DNA of 46,968 nt from an uncultured Acidimicrobiales bacterium (GTDB taxonomy: Bacteria; Actinomycetota; Acidimicrobiia; Acidimicrobiales; SZUA-35): assembly GCA_937981915.1 (NCBI GenBank), contig CALJMD010000214.1, positions 1-46,968 on the forward strand. The letters are read 5' to 3'. Positions within the stretch are counted from its first letter, which is position 1; every line of letters begins with the position of its first letter. Under the pieces are notes generated by a model. The model made no database searches. It was not told the origin of the DNA and worked only from the letters and a program-made list of their open reading frames with translations. Positions 1 to 9,419 of the stretch are shown here, piece after piece. A program made the position numbers and the translations under genes.

Positions 1-483
1 GTACGAAGCTTCGAGCGGGGAGACGGTTCCCCTGAGCTCTTCGCTGCCGACTTGGTTGACGAGTTGAATCTGACGATCACGCCCGAAGAGTTCCTCACCA
101 ACTTCACGAAGTTCTGCACTGGCCTGTACCCCGGCGCGCTTGAACTGGTCCGTGACGCACGTAAGCGGGTGCAAACCGCAATCTTGAGCAATACCAATGC
201 GCTTCACTGGTCAGGACAAATCGACGCACCGGTCATCCAGTCGATGTGTGACCGCAACTACCTATCCTTCCAGCTGGGCCTGCTGAAGCCCGACGGCGCC
301 GTCTACCGGTACGTCGGCGACGACCTTGGAGTGCCAGCGGCCAACATCGTGTTTCTCGATGACAACCAAATCAACGTCGATGGCGCTCGCCAGGCCGGCT
401 GGCGGGCCTATGTCGTATCGGGGCCAGAGGAGGCCCGGCGCTGTCTCATCGATATCGGCGTTCTTGGTGACACGACCGATTGA
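1..483 (+). CDS. HAD-family phosphatase (YihX-like), 5'-truncated by the window edge
   Basis: Frame 1 is open from base 1 (VRSFERGDG...). HAD motifs LSNTN, KPD and FLDD present; motif I lies upstream of the window. Confidence 0.85.
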   Translation, partial: VRSFERGDGSPELFAADLVDELNLTITPEEFLTNFTKFCTGLYPGALELVRDARKRVQTAILSNTNALHWSGQIDAPVIQSMCDRNYLSFQLGLLKPDGAVYRYVGDDLGVPAANIVFLDDNQINVDGARQAGWRAYVVSGPEEARRCLIDIGVLGDTTD

Positions 484-535
484 GGCCCGAGCCTGTCCCA
501 GTGCGTGGCGTGGCAGACCGGCGTAGTGTTGGGCT

Positions 536-1096
536 GTGACCCCTGCTGAGTACCTACGGCTCGTCGTCGATCCGGTCCGGTTGGCGATCCTTGGTTCGGC
601 CGCCTGTGGCCCCGTTGACGCTGATCGCCTCAGCGCCGATCTCGGCAAACCGAAGGTGAAGCTGCTCAAAGAAATCGAGCGCCTCCGAAGTGACGGCCTA
701 CTCAACCAGGACAACCAGCTTGACGTCGAGCTGTTGCGAGACTTGGCCAAGCGGCTACCGAGTGAGGCTGAACACGATCCAGCGATCGTCGACGGGCCAT
801 GGTCGGCCGACGAGCAACAAATTCTGTCGCGTTTCTTCACCGGGATGCACCTGGTCAGCCTGCCATCGGCCGACGCCAAACGCCGGGTCGTTTTGGAACG
901 CCTGGCGTTCGAGTTCGAGCCTGGCCTTCGCTACACCGAACGCCACGTCAACTCGATCTTGCAGATCTACAACGAGGACTACGCCACGTTGCGTCGCTAC
1001 CTGGTGGACTATGGGATGCTGACCAGAGCTGACGGTGTTTACTGGCGTTCCGGAGGCCGCTTTGACGACGACCTCGCCGTCACTGAGGGCGACTGA
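536..1096 (+). CDS. DUF2087 domain protein with N-terminal HTH-like region
   Basis: C-terminal FEPG.RYTE..VN...DYATLRRYLVDYG.L.R is typical of DUF2087; N-terminal DPVRLAILG is ArsR-like. Confidence 0.8.
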   Translation: MTPAEYLRLVVDPVRLAILGSAACGPVDADRLSADLGKPKVKLLKEIERLRSDGLLNQDNQLDVELLRDLAKRLPSEAEHDPAIVDGPWSADEQQILSRFFTGMHLVSLPSADAKRRVVLERLAFEFEPGLRYTERHVNSILQIYNEDYATLRRYLVDYGMLTRADGVYWRSGGRFDDDLAVTEGD

Positions 1097-1101
1097 ACGA
1101 G

Positions 1102-2349
1102 CTAGGCCTGGCTGACACCTTCGAACACGAACGTGCGGCGACCGAGGGCCACTGTTTCACCGGAGTGCAATTCCACGGGCTGACCGGCGGTCAACTGGCT
1201 CCAACGGTCATTGTCGGCATCCCAAATGTAGGTGCCGTTGGTCGAATTCAGGTCGGTGAGCTGAACGGTCCAATCGGTCAGCTTCAACTCGGCGTGGGTC
1301 CGACTGAGGGTGTCGTTGTTGTCGTGAATCACCAACAGCTCAGGCGGCATGCGGCTAGGTGTGCCATCGTTTGTCGACGGCTCCCGCCCAATGAGGTAGG
1401 AACGATCCAGCCCGAAGCTCGATCCGTCGTCGAACACGATGAATCCCAACGTCGGGCGCGGGCGCCGAACCGGATTGGGCGTCAGATGAAGCATTGACAC
1501 CCCGCACACCATGCAATAAGCAGATCGGGGATTGTTGAAATGATCGCGGGAGCAGAGGATCCCGTCGACCATGACCTGTTTGTCGGAGGCGTCTACAACT
1601 GGTCCGCCGTCACCGGCAAGTGGCAACGGCTCGAGGCCACCGACCGGTGGCACGTCAAGCAACAGCACCGACTTGAATGGGGCGCTGAGTGGACTCGGAT
1701 CTGACGGGGAGGCTGCGACCAGTGGCGATGGGCCCACACCAGCCGGTTCGGATTCAACTGCAGGCTCGGGCTCGACCAGCGGCGTGGCGACTACGGGCGG
1801 AGCGGCAGCCGCTACCGGCTCCTGTGCTGGCTCTTGGACTGGTTGTTGAGGTTGGGCGGCGACTACCGGTTCGGCGATAACGGGTGGGCCTTCAGAGGCC
1901 ACGGCTATCAGGGTGACGCCGGCGCCCGGAGCGATCCCACGACGAAGATCGAAGGGGGGAATTGGCTCGCTGGCCTCTACGTAGTCGGTGGCTCGAATGG
2001 TCAAACGCTTGGCTTGATGGGAGAGCTGTTGCTTGGCGATGCCGCTGACTCCGGTCAAGACAACTTCGCCGTCGCTCAGCACCTCGACCGGCCCATAGGC
2101 AACGGCCATTGGCCCGCCTGTGGCTTCGACAACCATGCCCAACGCGTGCAGGCGATTGCTCGATAGGAGTTCGTTGACAGCGCGGATCACGGTTTGCGAA
2201 GCCGGGTTGGGTTCGAGGTTGACGAGCATCTCGTCAACGACGGCATCGTGGGACGGGTCGCTGGGTATGACAATTGCAATGTCAGGCCAGCGAGCCACGA
2301 TGCCGAGACCGCGGTGAATTTGTCCGCCTCGAAGATCGATATCGGTCAT
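1102..2349 (-). CDS. FHA-domain protein with Pro/Ala linker and Cys/His zinc-ribbon-like motif
   Basis: FHA motifs IGR, SRTH, STNGT; C-x3-H-x9-C-x2-C (CSRDH...CMVC); start overlaps the upstream kinase stop (TAATG). Confidence 0.85.
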   Translation of the reverse strand: MTDIDLRGGQIHRGLGIVARWPDIAIVIPSDPSHDAVVDEMLVNLEPNPASQTVIRAVNELLSSNRLHALGMVVEATGGPMAVAYGPVEVLSDGEVVLTGVSGIAKQQLSHQAKRLTIRATDYVEASEPIPPFDLRRGIAPGAGVTLIAVASEGPPVIAEPVVAAQPQQPVQEPAQEPVAAAAPPVVATPLVEPEPAVESEPAGVGPSPLVAASPSDPSPLSAPFKSVLLLDVPPVGGLEPLPLAGDGGPVVDASDKQVMVDGILCSRDHFNNPRSAYCMVCGVSMLHLTPNPVRRPRPTLGFIVFDDGSSFGLDRSYLIGREPSTNDGTPSRMPPELLVIHDNNDTLSRTHAELKLTDWTVQLTDLNSTNGTYIWDADNDRWSQLTAGQPVELHSGETVALGRRTFVFEGVSQA

Positions 2350-3167
2350 TATCGAGGTCCTCCCTGTTGGCGGTTGGCCTCATCTTCGATGGCTTCTGCG
2401 ACCTCGAGCGCTGTCGATGGCCGATCCGCCGGGTCGGGTTTGACGGTCGACTCGATGATGCGGCGCTCGCCATTGCGCAGCGCGTCACCCATGACCGGTT
2501 GTTCGGTGAGCAGGAATCGAAGGGCGTCGACGAGCGATCCGCTCGGAATGTCCGGGAAGATTGAGAAGCCGGTCAGCGTCTTGTGGAGCGTGGCGCCCAA
2601 CGCCCAGATGTCGGTGGCCCGCGAGGCGGGCTGACCTTGAACTACTTCGGGTGCCAAGTAGTCGATTGCCCCCATTTGGGCGGCCCCGGTGACGGTCTGG
2701 CCGGGGCTGAGTAGTTGTGAAATGCCGACATCGCTCAGCCGTGACCGATCGTCGCTCAGCACAATGTTGCCGGGACGGATGGAGCGATGGGGAATCCCGA
2801 CCTCGTGGAGGGCGTGTGCCCCTCGGGCGGCGCCGGCCACTGCGCGGAGCACGTCCACCCTCGATGAGGGGCGAGCGGGGCGGGTCAGCGTCCCGCCGGT
2901 CTCGAAACGACCGGCAAGGTAGACGACTGAGCCTTGTTGGCCGATGTCGAAAATCTCGTGAAGGTATGGCGAGCGAACCGACGCATAAGTTCGGAGATGC
3001 TCAGCCAGTCGTTCGAACTCGGCATCACTGGCAGCATGAATAATCGTCTTTATCGCAACCTGTGGGTCGGCGACACCAAGACGTGCCGGTGTCTCAGCCA
3101 GCCAATATTGGCCTTGGCTTCCCTCGCCTAGCTGGTGAATGATCTTGTAATCCGCGATCTCCTGCAT
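2349..3167 (-). CDS. Hanks-type Ser/Thr kinase domain protein, probable pseudokinase
   Basis: GEGSQG loop, VAIK, YLAPE and DIWALG are present, but HRD is replaced by HRS (HRSIRPGN) and DFG by DVG. Confidence 0.85.
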   Translation of the reverse strand: MQEIADYKIIHQLGEGSQGQYWLAETPARLGVADPQVAIKTIIHAASDAEFERLAEHLRTYASVRSPYLHEIFDIGQQGSVVYLAGRFETGGTLTRPARPSSRVDVLRAVAGAARGAHALHEVGIPHRSIRPGNIVLSDDRSRLSDVGISQLLSPGQTVTGAAQMGAIDYLAPEVVQGQPASRATDIWALGATLHKTLTGFSIFPDIPSGSLVDALRFLLTEQPVMGDALRNGERRIIESTVKPDPADRPSTALEVAEAIEDEANRQQGGPR

Positions 3168-3481
3168 CGATTGATGCCGGCTCCTTCGTCAAGTGGTCAA
3201 CGACCTAGTCTAGGTCTCCACGGCGCCGCACGGTACTTCGCCCGGTCGAGCGGCGTGTCGTCGAATCACGACGGTACCGGCCGAAGTGTCTATGCCCAAA
3301 CTGGGTGAATCACATCGAATTGATACAAATAGTAGCGCGACGTGTCGACCAATAGCAGCGATAGCGATTCGGCCACGGCGGCATCAAGACCTGCTAGGTT
3401 GCCATATGACCACTCAGAGATACGCCACCAGGGCGGCCTGAAGAGAAGCTGCGAGTCAGCGGCAAGAGGAGTAGTGATCAC

Positions 3482-4039
3482 ATGGGCGTGTTCGATTTCA
3501 TTCGCGAAGCTGGAGCCAAAGTAGGCATTGGGGACAGCAAGGAAGAAAAGCAGGCCAAAGCGGCAGCGGCGTCAGCCGAGCGTGCCGCCGAGATGTCGAA
3601 GCGGGTAAAGGCCAGGAAGGCCGCTGCCGCCAAGCAGGCCCAGATGCGTCGCCTTGACGACTCCAAAAAGGCCATGGGCCTTGAACGCTACGTGCGGGAA
3701 CTTGGCTTCGACGTCAAGAACCTCGATATTCGCTACGACGACGGTGTTGCTACTATTTCCGGCACCGTGGCCGACCAGGAAACCCGAGAGCGGGTCATTC
3801 TGGCCGTCGGAAACGTTGCCGACGTCGGCACCGTGGAAGAGGAAATCGAAGTTGAGGCTCCGGCCGAGGAATCCGACATGCACGTCGTGGTGTCCGGTGA
3901 CACGCTCAGTGCGATCGCCAAGGAACATTATGGCGACGCAAACAAGTACATGGCGATCTTCGAAGCCAACCGACCGATGCTCAGCGACCCCGACAAGATT
4001 TACATCGGACAGGTCCTGCGCATTCCGGCTTCAGCCTGA
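3482..4039 (+). CDS. BON-LysM protein (Kbp/YgaU family)
   Basis: N-terminus MGVFDFIREAG, BON domain, LysM domain (HVVVSGDTLSAIAK...IYIGQVLRIP); SD GAGGAG upstream. Confidence 0.9.
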   Translation: MGVFDFIREAGAKVGIGDSKEEKQAKAAAASAERAAEMSKRVKARKAAAAKQAQMRRLDDSKKAMGLERYVRELGFDVKNLDIRYDDGVATISGTVADQETRERVILAVGNVADVGTVEEEIEVEAPAEESDMHVVVSGDTLSAIAKEHYGDANKYMAIFEANRPMLSDPDKIYIGQVLRIPASA

Positions 4040-4082
4040 CAACCTCGTTCCCGGTCGGCACAGCCGATGGGGACACGTAATT

Positions 4083-4116
4083 GAGTCGACGCCGGACAAG
4101 TTGCCGGCGTCGACTC
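4083..4116 (+). terminator. GC-rich hairpin after the BON-LysM gene
   Basis: Perfect 13-bp inverted repeat GAGTCGACGCCGG / CCGGCGTCGACTC with an 8-nt loop; no U-tract. Confidence 0.55.
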
Positions 4117-4126
4117 GCGTAGCACC

Positions 4127-5881
4127 GTGAATAGTCGAGACGATCAGGATCTGTTGATCCGACACGCGCCCATCTTGCGGTACGACCAGCGCGAGCTGTT
4201 CTTCCCTTCACCGGTTGACGCCTACGTGCAGTCATGCTCGCTGTGGTCGAGCGAGAAACAAATAGTCGAACCCGGCGAGGTGAGGTTGACCGACCTCACC
4301 GGTGAGCTGGCAGTCGGCTCCTACCTTCAATTCATCTCCGACACTGAGCGTCGGGCCGTTGTGCGCACCGATGCCCGACAGCTGGCTCGCCGATTGCTCG
4401 GACCACGTCTCGGTCGGGTAGGGCTATTTGGGCGAATGGTGGACGCCCTGTTCTTAGCCAGCGTCTGGTTCAGACCCACCACACCTGGGCTTACCACTCC
4501 GGCCGCCGCCATCAAATCGGCCGAACTCGAGACCGGCCCCCGACCGGTCGTTTACGCTCGAGTAGCCGAGGTCGCCAACTGGACGGTTCTCCACTACACG
4601 TACTTCTACGCAATGAACGACTGGCGGTCTGGCTACCGCGGGTTGAACGACCACGAGGCCGACTGGGAACAGATCTGGATCATGTGCGATCCAGCCGATA
4701 GACGGCCGGTGTGGGTCGTGGTGTCCAACCATGATCTGGAGGGCGCCAATCTTCGGCGGCATTGGGATGACGACGAACTGCAGCGTCGAGGCGACCGACC
4801 CGCTCTGTTCGTGGGCGCGGGCTCCCACGCTCTGTTCTTTCTCCCAGGAGACTATGTCACTCGTATTGACGTGCCCGGGCTTCGCTGGTTGCTTCGGCTG
4901 CAGCGTTGGGTGAGACGGGCGCTGCAAATTCCCGACCAGGCGGCCGAACGTGGTCTTGGCCCAGCCGTCGGTGTTCCCTTCGTCGACTCCGCCCCCGGCG
5001 ACGGTCTTGAACACAGCGACTGGGACCTTCGCCTGCTGGATGAAAGCGTGCCGTGGGTTGGTCAATACCGGGGCCTTTGGGGTCTTGACACAGGGGACCG
5101 AACCAACGGGGAACGAGGGCCGGCGGGCCCGAAGTTCACCCGAACCGGTGATGTCCGGGCCGCTTGGGCGGATCCCGTCGGCTTCGCCGGGCTGCATGGA
5201 ACCAACCCGCCCTCGCAAGCCCAAGCCGCCGCGTCCGAGGAGCGGATTCGCCTGGCCCTCACCGAAGTGAACGGGGAGATCCAACGATCGTCCCGGTTAC
5301 TCCCGGTCTTCGGCCAGGTGGACGACCCGGTCCGTCGATATGAGGCCTCGGAGCGTCTCAGCGATCTGCTTCGGCGACGGGTCGAGCTAACCGATCTTCA
5401 GGCCCGCCTCCGACGCGGGCAGCAAAAGGCGGTTGGGATTCGCGATCACCTGGTGCAGGCCGCAGTGCCCCTCGCCCCACCGCAGGAGGCAGGTTGGCTG
5501 CTGGCCGGGTGGGCGGCGGTAAGCGTGCCACTTCTGATCTTGGCCATTGCCTCGATGCTGGTGTTCGACCCGCTTCGAGTGACGACGGTGGTGGCAATTG
5601 TGGCTGCCGCCTTTTCGCTCTTGGAGCAGCTTGTGCGTCGCCACTTCGCCCCGGCGCTGCGGCTCACAGCGGTCTACGCGGTGGTTGTCGCCGCCTTCCT
5701 CGCTCTTCGAGCGGTGGCTTCGGGCGTGCTGAGCGTCAGCGTCTATGTTGTCGGGGCGCTACTTGCGGCCGCTGCCGCAGTGCTCTTTGTCGCCAATCTC
5801 GGTGAGCTCACGGCCGTCCGTCGGCGGGCGGACACCGCCGAGGCAGTGGTGGCAGAAACTGCAGGCGAAACGGCTGACTGA
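4127..5881 (+). CDS. Hypothetical membrane protein with Vps62/NPP1-like N-terminal domain and about 4 C-terminal TM helices
   Basis: Motifs HAPILRY...FFP, YFYAMND, HEADWE, GSHA, GLWG, GPAGP; hydrophobic C-terminus. Confidence 0.7.
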   Translation: MNSRDDQDLLIRHAPILRYDQRELFFPSPVDAYVQSCSLWSSEKQIVEPGEVRLTDLTGELAVGSYLQFISDTERRAVVRTDARQLARRLLGPRLGRVGLFGRMVDALFLASVWFRPTTPGLTTPAAAIKSAELETGPRPVVYARVAEVANWTVLHYTYFYAMNDWRSGYRGLNDHEADWEQIWIMCDPADRRPVWVVVSNHDLEGANLRRHWDDDELQRRGDRPALFVGAGSHALFFLPGDYVTRIDVPGLRWLLRLQRWVRRALQIPDQAAERGLGPAVGVPFVDSAPGDGLEHSDWDLRLLDESVPWVGQYRGLWGLDTGDRTNGERGPAGPKFTRTGDVRAAWADPVGFAGLHGTNPPSQAQAAASEERIRLALTEVNGEIQRSSRLLPVFGQVDDPVRRYEASERLSDLLRRRVELTDLQARLRRGQQKAVGIRDHLVQAAVPLAPPQEAGWLLAGWAAVSVPLLILAIASMLVFDPLRVTTVVAIVAAAFSLLEQLVRRHFAPALRLTAVYAVVVAAFLALRAVASGVLSVSVYVVGALLAAAAAVLFVANLGELTAVRRRADTAEAVVAETAGETAD

Positions 5882-5931
5882 CAGCGTGGCTAGTTGACTA
5901 CCGGATGTTGCCTCGCCGCTGGTGGGACTCA

Positions 5932-7125
5932 CTAGCCGAATGTTGCTTGGAGCCTCTCACCTGCTTCGATCAGAACCTCGTCTCGCTTGGTAAAGCAGAA
6001 GCGGACGAGTGACGCCCCCTCGCTCTGATCTTTGTAAAACACCTGGGCCGGTACCGCGACTACACCGGCCCTTTCGGGGAGCGACAGGCAAAAGGCAATG
6101 CCATCGGACTGGCTGACCGGCTTGATGTCGACCATGGTGAAATAGGTGCCTTGAGGTTGGTATACCTCGAATCCGGCGCGTTCCAGGTAGCCGCCCAGGA
6201 GATCGCGTTTGTGCCGTAGTTGCGACGTGAGCTGCTCAAAGTAGTCGTCCCCCAAGGCCAGGCCGGCGGCGACGGCCGGTTGGAAGGGCGCACCGCTCAC
6301 GAAGGTCAGAAACTGCTTGGCAGTCCGGATTGCCGACAAGAGATCGGGTCGAGCGATCGCCCACCCGATTTTCCAGCCGGTCACAGAAAATGTCTTGCCT
6401 GCGGACGAGACCGTGACTGTTCGATCGGCCATTCCGTCCAGCGTCGCTACCGGGTGATGGGCGCCGTCGAAAACCATGTGCTCGTAGACCTCATCGGTGA
6501 TGAGTATGAGATCGTGGCGTATACAGCAGTCGGCGATGAACGCCAGTTCTTCGGCGGTGAAGACTTTTCCGGTCGGATTGTGCGGAGTGTTCAACAGCAC
6601 GGCCCGCGTCTTCGGCGAGATCGACGCTGAGAATCGGTCGCGGTCGAATGTGAAGTGACCTTCTTCGGAAGGGGTGAGTGTGACGGTTCGCAGGCGGGCC
6701 CCCGCCATCGCTACCGCAGCGCCGTAGCTGTCGTAGGTGGGGTCGAAGGCCAGGATCTCGTCGCCGGTTTCACAAAGAGCGATCAAGGTGGCGGTGAGAG
6801 CCTCGGTTGCCCCGGTGGTGACCAACACGGTGTCCGGATCGGTCGCCATGCCATAGAACCGCTGCTGATGGTCGGCGATGGCCTGGCGCAGCTCCGACGT
6901 GCCGGGTCCCGGCGGGTACTGGTTTTGTCCGCCCCGCAGCGCAGTAATTGCAGCTTCGATGATTTCCGCTGGACCGTCGGTGTCGGGAAATCCCTGCCCG
7001 AGGTTGATGGCGTTGGTCTTGGCGGCCAACGCCGACATCTCAGCGAAGATGGTTGTTCCGAAGCCCTGCAATCGGGTGTTCAGGTGCGGTTGTCGATTCG
7101 AGGTGAGTGTTGGAAGCTCGGCCAT
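5932..7125 (-). CDS. PLP-dependent class I/II aminotransferase (actinobacterial DapC-like)
   Basis: TIFAEMSALA, NLGQGFPD, NTPHNPTG, DEVY, SAGKTFSVTGWKIGW (PLP lysine). Confidence 0.9.
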   Translation of the reverse strand: MAELPTLTSNRQPHLNTRLQGFGTTIFAEMSALAAKTNAINLGQGFPDTDGPAEIIEAAITALRGGQNQYPPGPGTSELRQAIADHQQRFYGMATDPDTVLVTTGATEALTATLIALCETGDEILAFDPTYDSYGAAVAMAGARLRTVTLTPSEEGHFTFDRDRFSASISPKTRAVLLNTPHNPTGKVFTAEELAFIADCCIRHDLILITDEVYEHMVFDGAHHPVATLDGMADRTVTVSSAGKTFSVTGWKIGWAIARPDLLSAIRTAKQFLTFVSGAPFQPAVAAGLALGDDYFEQLTSQLRHKRDLLGGYLERAGFEVYQPQGTYFTMVDIKPVSQSDGIAFCLSLPERAGVVAVPAQVFYKDQSEGASLVRFCFTKRDEVLIEAGERLQATFG

Positions 7126-7536
7126 CGGGTCTCCGGTTCGTTGCCCATTGGTGTTCTAGACGCTCGGATCCACCGGTGTGTGGTCCCGCTCAGGACTGTG
7201 GCCTCAAGCGGAATGTCCCGAAGATCGGTCAGGAGTAGCGCCAAACGCCGTTATCGTAGAAAAACCAGATCTGTGGTCCGGTGTTCCCTCGGGCAACTTA
7301 CCAGAACGCGGATCCGACCGGCGAGACTACGCTCGCCGTCGGCGCTGGCTGTGCCGACATGACGTGGTCGAGACGGAAACGCACAGAAGTAGTTCGTTGA
7401 CGTAGCGCTCCAACCCACCACGAGCATCGTCGCATCAGGGGGACTGCTGGAAGAGAGACTGTCGTGAGACGTCCGGCTAGAAGTAGCCGAATCACGGTAC
7501 CGATCTTCTTCGAAGTAGTGGGAGTAGGGGATTCAC

Positions 7537-9408
7537 GTGACTGACACTGTTGAACCGGTTGAGCAGACAACGCTTGATCAGGTTGTTATTCGTTTTGCCG
7601 GCGATTCCGGAGACGGAATGCAGCTGACCGGCGATCGTTTCACATCGGCAAGTGCTCTTGCCGGAAACGATCTGGCTACCTTGCCGGAGTTCCCGGCCGA
7701 GATCCGAGCGCCTCAAGGAACGCTTGCCGGCGTCTCCGCCTTCCAGGTCCATATCTCAGATCATGAGATCTACACGCCCGGCGACGCCCCGGACGTACTG
7801 GTCGCCATGAACCCGGCCGCACTCAAATCGGAGCTAAGTCGCCTGCGCGACGGCGGCACCCTCATTCTTAACGATGACGCCTTCGACGAGCGCAATCTTG
7901 AAAAAGCGGGTTTCGAGGCGGACCCACGAGAGACCGGCGAACTCAGCGGCTACGTCGTTCACCGCGTGAACATGACAAAGCTGACCCTCGGGGCGACCGA
8001 AGATCTTGATGTGAAGAAGCGGGACGCCGAACGGTCCAAGAACTTCTTCGCCTTGGGTCTGGTCAGCTGGATGTACTCCAGGCCAACCCAGCCGACGTTC
8101 GAGTGGATCGACACCAAGTTCGGCAAGTTGCCGGCCGTTGCCGCCGCCAACACGGCTGCATTCAAGGCCGGACATGCCTTCGGTGAGACCGCTGAGATGT
8201 TCGGCTCGCCGTTCAAGGTGGATGCCGCCAAGCAGGTACCGGGCGAATACACGAACATCACCGGCAATGTGGCGACCGCCTGGGGCATGGTGGCCGCCGG
8301 TGAGCTGTCCAAGTTGCCCGTGTTTCTCGGAACCTACCCGATTACTCCGGCATCGGACATTTTGCACGAACTCAGTCGGCACAAGAACTTCGGTGTCCGC
8401 ACGTTCCAGGCGGAAGACGAGATTGCCGGTGTTGGCGCCGCTCTCGGTGCTGCCTTTGGCGGAAGCCTGGCCTTCACCACAACATCGGGACCAGGGGTTG
8501 CGCTCAAGGGTGAAACCATCGGCCTAGCGGTCAGCATTGAAATTCCGCTTGTCATCGTTGACGTCCAGCGTGGCGGCCCATCAACCGGGCTGCCCACCAA
8601 GACCGAAGCATCGGATCTGATGATGGCCATGTACGGCCGCCACGGCGAGGCACCGCTTCCCATCGTGGCTGCATCAACCCCGGCCGACTGTTTCTACGCC
8701 GCTATCGAGGCCTCACGCCTTGCAATCAAGTACCGGACGCCTGTCATCTTGTTGACCGACGGCTATCTGGCCAACGGCGCTGAACCGTGGCTGTTGCCTG
8801 ACGTGTCGAGTCTGCCCGACATCAGTGTCGAGTTCGCCACCGAGCCCAATGCTGAAGACCCAACCGGCCAACCCATCTTCTTGCCCTACCAGCGTGACCC
8901 TGAGACGTTGGCCCGACCGTGGGCTGTTCCTGGCACGCCCGGCCTTGAGCATCGAGTCGGTGGCCTGGAAAAGCAGGACGTGACCGGCAACGTCAACTAC
9001 GATCCGGCCAACCATGGGCGGATGACCGAACTGCGTGAAGCGAAGATCGCAGGCATCGCCTCCGATATCCCGCCGGTTGCTGTCGAGGGCCCGGGCGACG
9101 CTCCGGTTCTGATCCTCGGATGGGGTTCCACCAGAGGGGCTATAACGGCGGCCGCCGAGCGTTTGCGCTCGGCTGGTATGAACGTCGATCACGCCAACCT
9201 CACCCACCTCAATCCGTTCCCACCGAACCTCGGTGAGGTGCTGAGTGGGCGAGAGCATGTGTTTGTACCGGAACTTAACCGGGGTCAACTGGTTCGGCTT
9301 GTAAGGGCTGAGTACCTGATTGATGCCACGCCGATAAACAAGGTGATGGGCGTGCCGTTCACGGCCGCTGAACTCGCCGAAATCATCCAAGAAGCTGTGA
9401 ACGGGTAG
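7537..9408 (+). CDS. korA: 2-oxoacid:ferredoxin oxidoreductase alpha subunit
   Basis: FAGDSGDGMQLTG, YPITP, QAEDE, QRGGPSTG motifs; paired with the beta subunit. Confidence 0.93.
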   Translation: MTDTVEPVEQTTLDQVVIRFAGDSGDGMQLTGDRFTSASALAGNDLATLPEFPAEIRAPQGTLAGVSAFQVHISDHEIYTPGDAPDVLVAMNPAALKSELSRLRDGGTLILNDDAFDERNLEKAGFEADPRETGELSGYVVHRVNMTKLTLGATEDLDVKKRDAERSKNFFALGLVSWMYSRPTQPTFEWIDTKFGKLPAVAAANTAAFKAGHAFGETAEMFGSPFKVDAAKQVPGEYTNITGNVATAWGMVAAGELSKLPVFLGTYPITPASDILHELSRHKNFGVRTFQAEDEIAGVGAALGAAFGGSLAFTTTSGPGVALKGETIGLAVSIEIPLVIVDVQRGGPSTGLPTKTEASDLMMAMYGRHGEAPLPIVAASTPADCFYAAIEASRLAIKYRTPVILLTDGYLANGAEPWLLPDVSSLPDISVEFATEPNAEDPTGQPIFLPYQRDPETLARPWAVPGTPGLEHRVGGLEKQDVTGNVNYDPANHGRMTELREAKIAGIASDIPPVAVEGPGDAPVLILGWGSTRGAITAAAERLRSAGMNVDHANLTHLNPFPPNLGEVLSGREHVFVPELNRGQLVRLVRAEYLIDATPINKVMGVPFTAAELAEIIQEAVNG

Positions 9409-9419
9409 GAAGTGAAACG

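Noticed and set aside
7126-7536. ncRNA or small gene in the 410-bp divergent region before korA
   Set aside because: Only short GC hairpins and three GAAGTAG copies; no convincing terminator, known motif or protein-like ORF.
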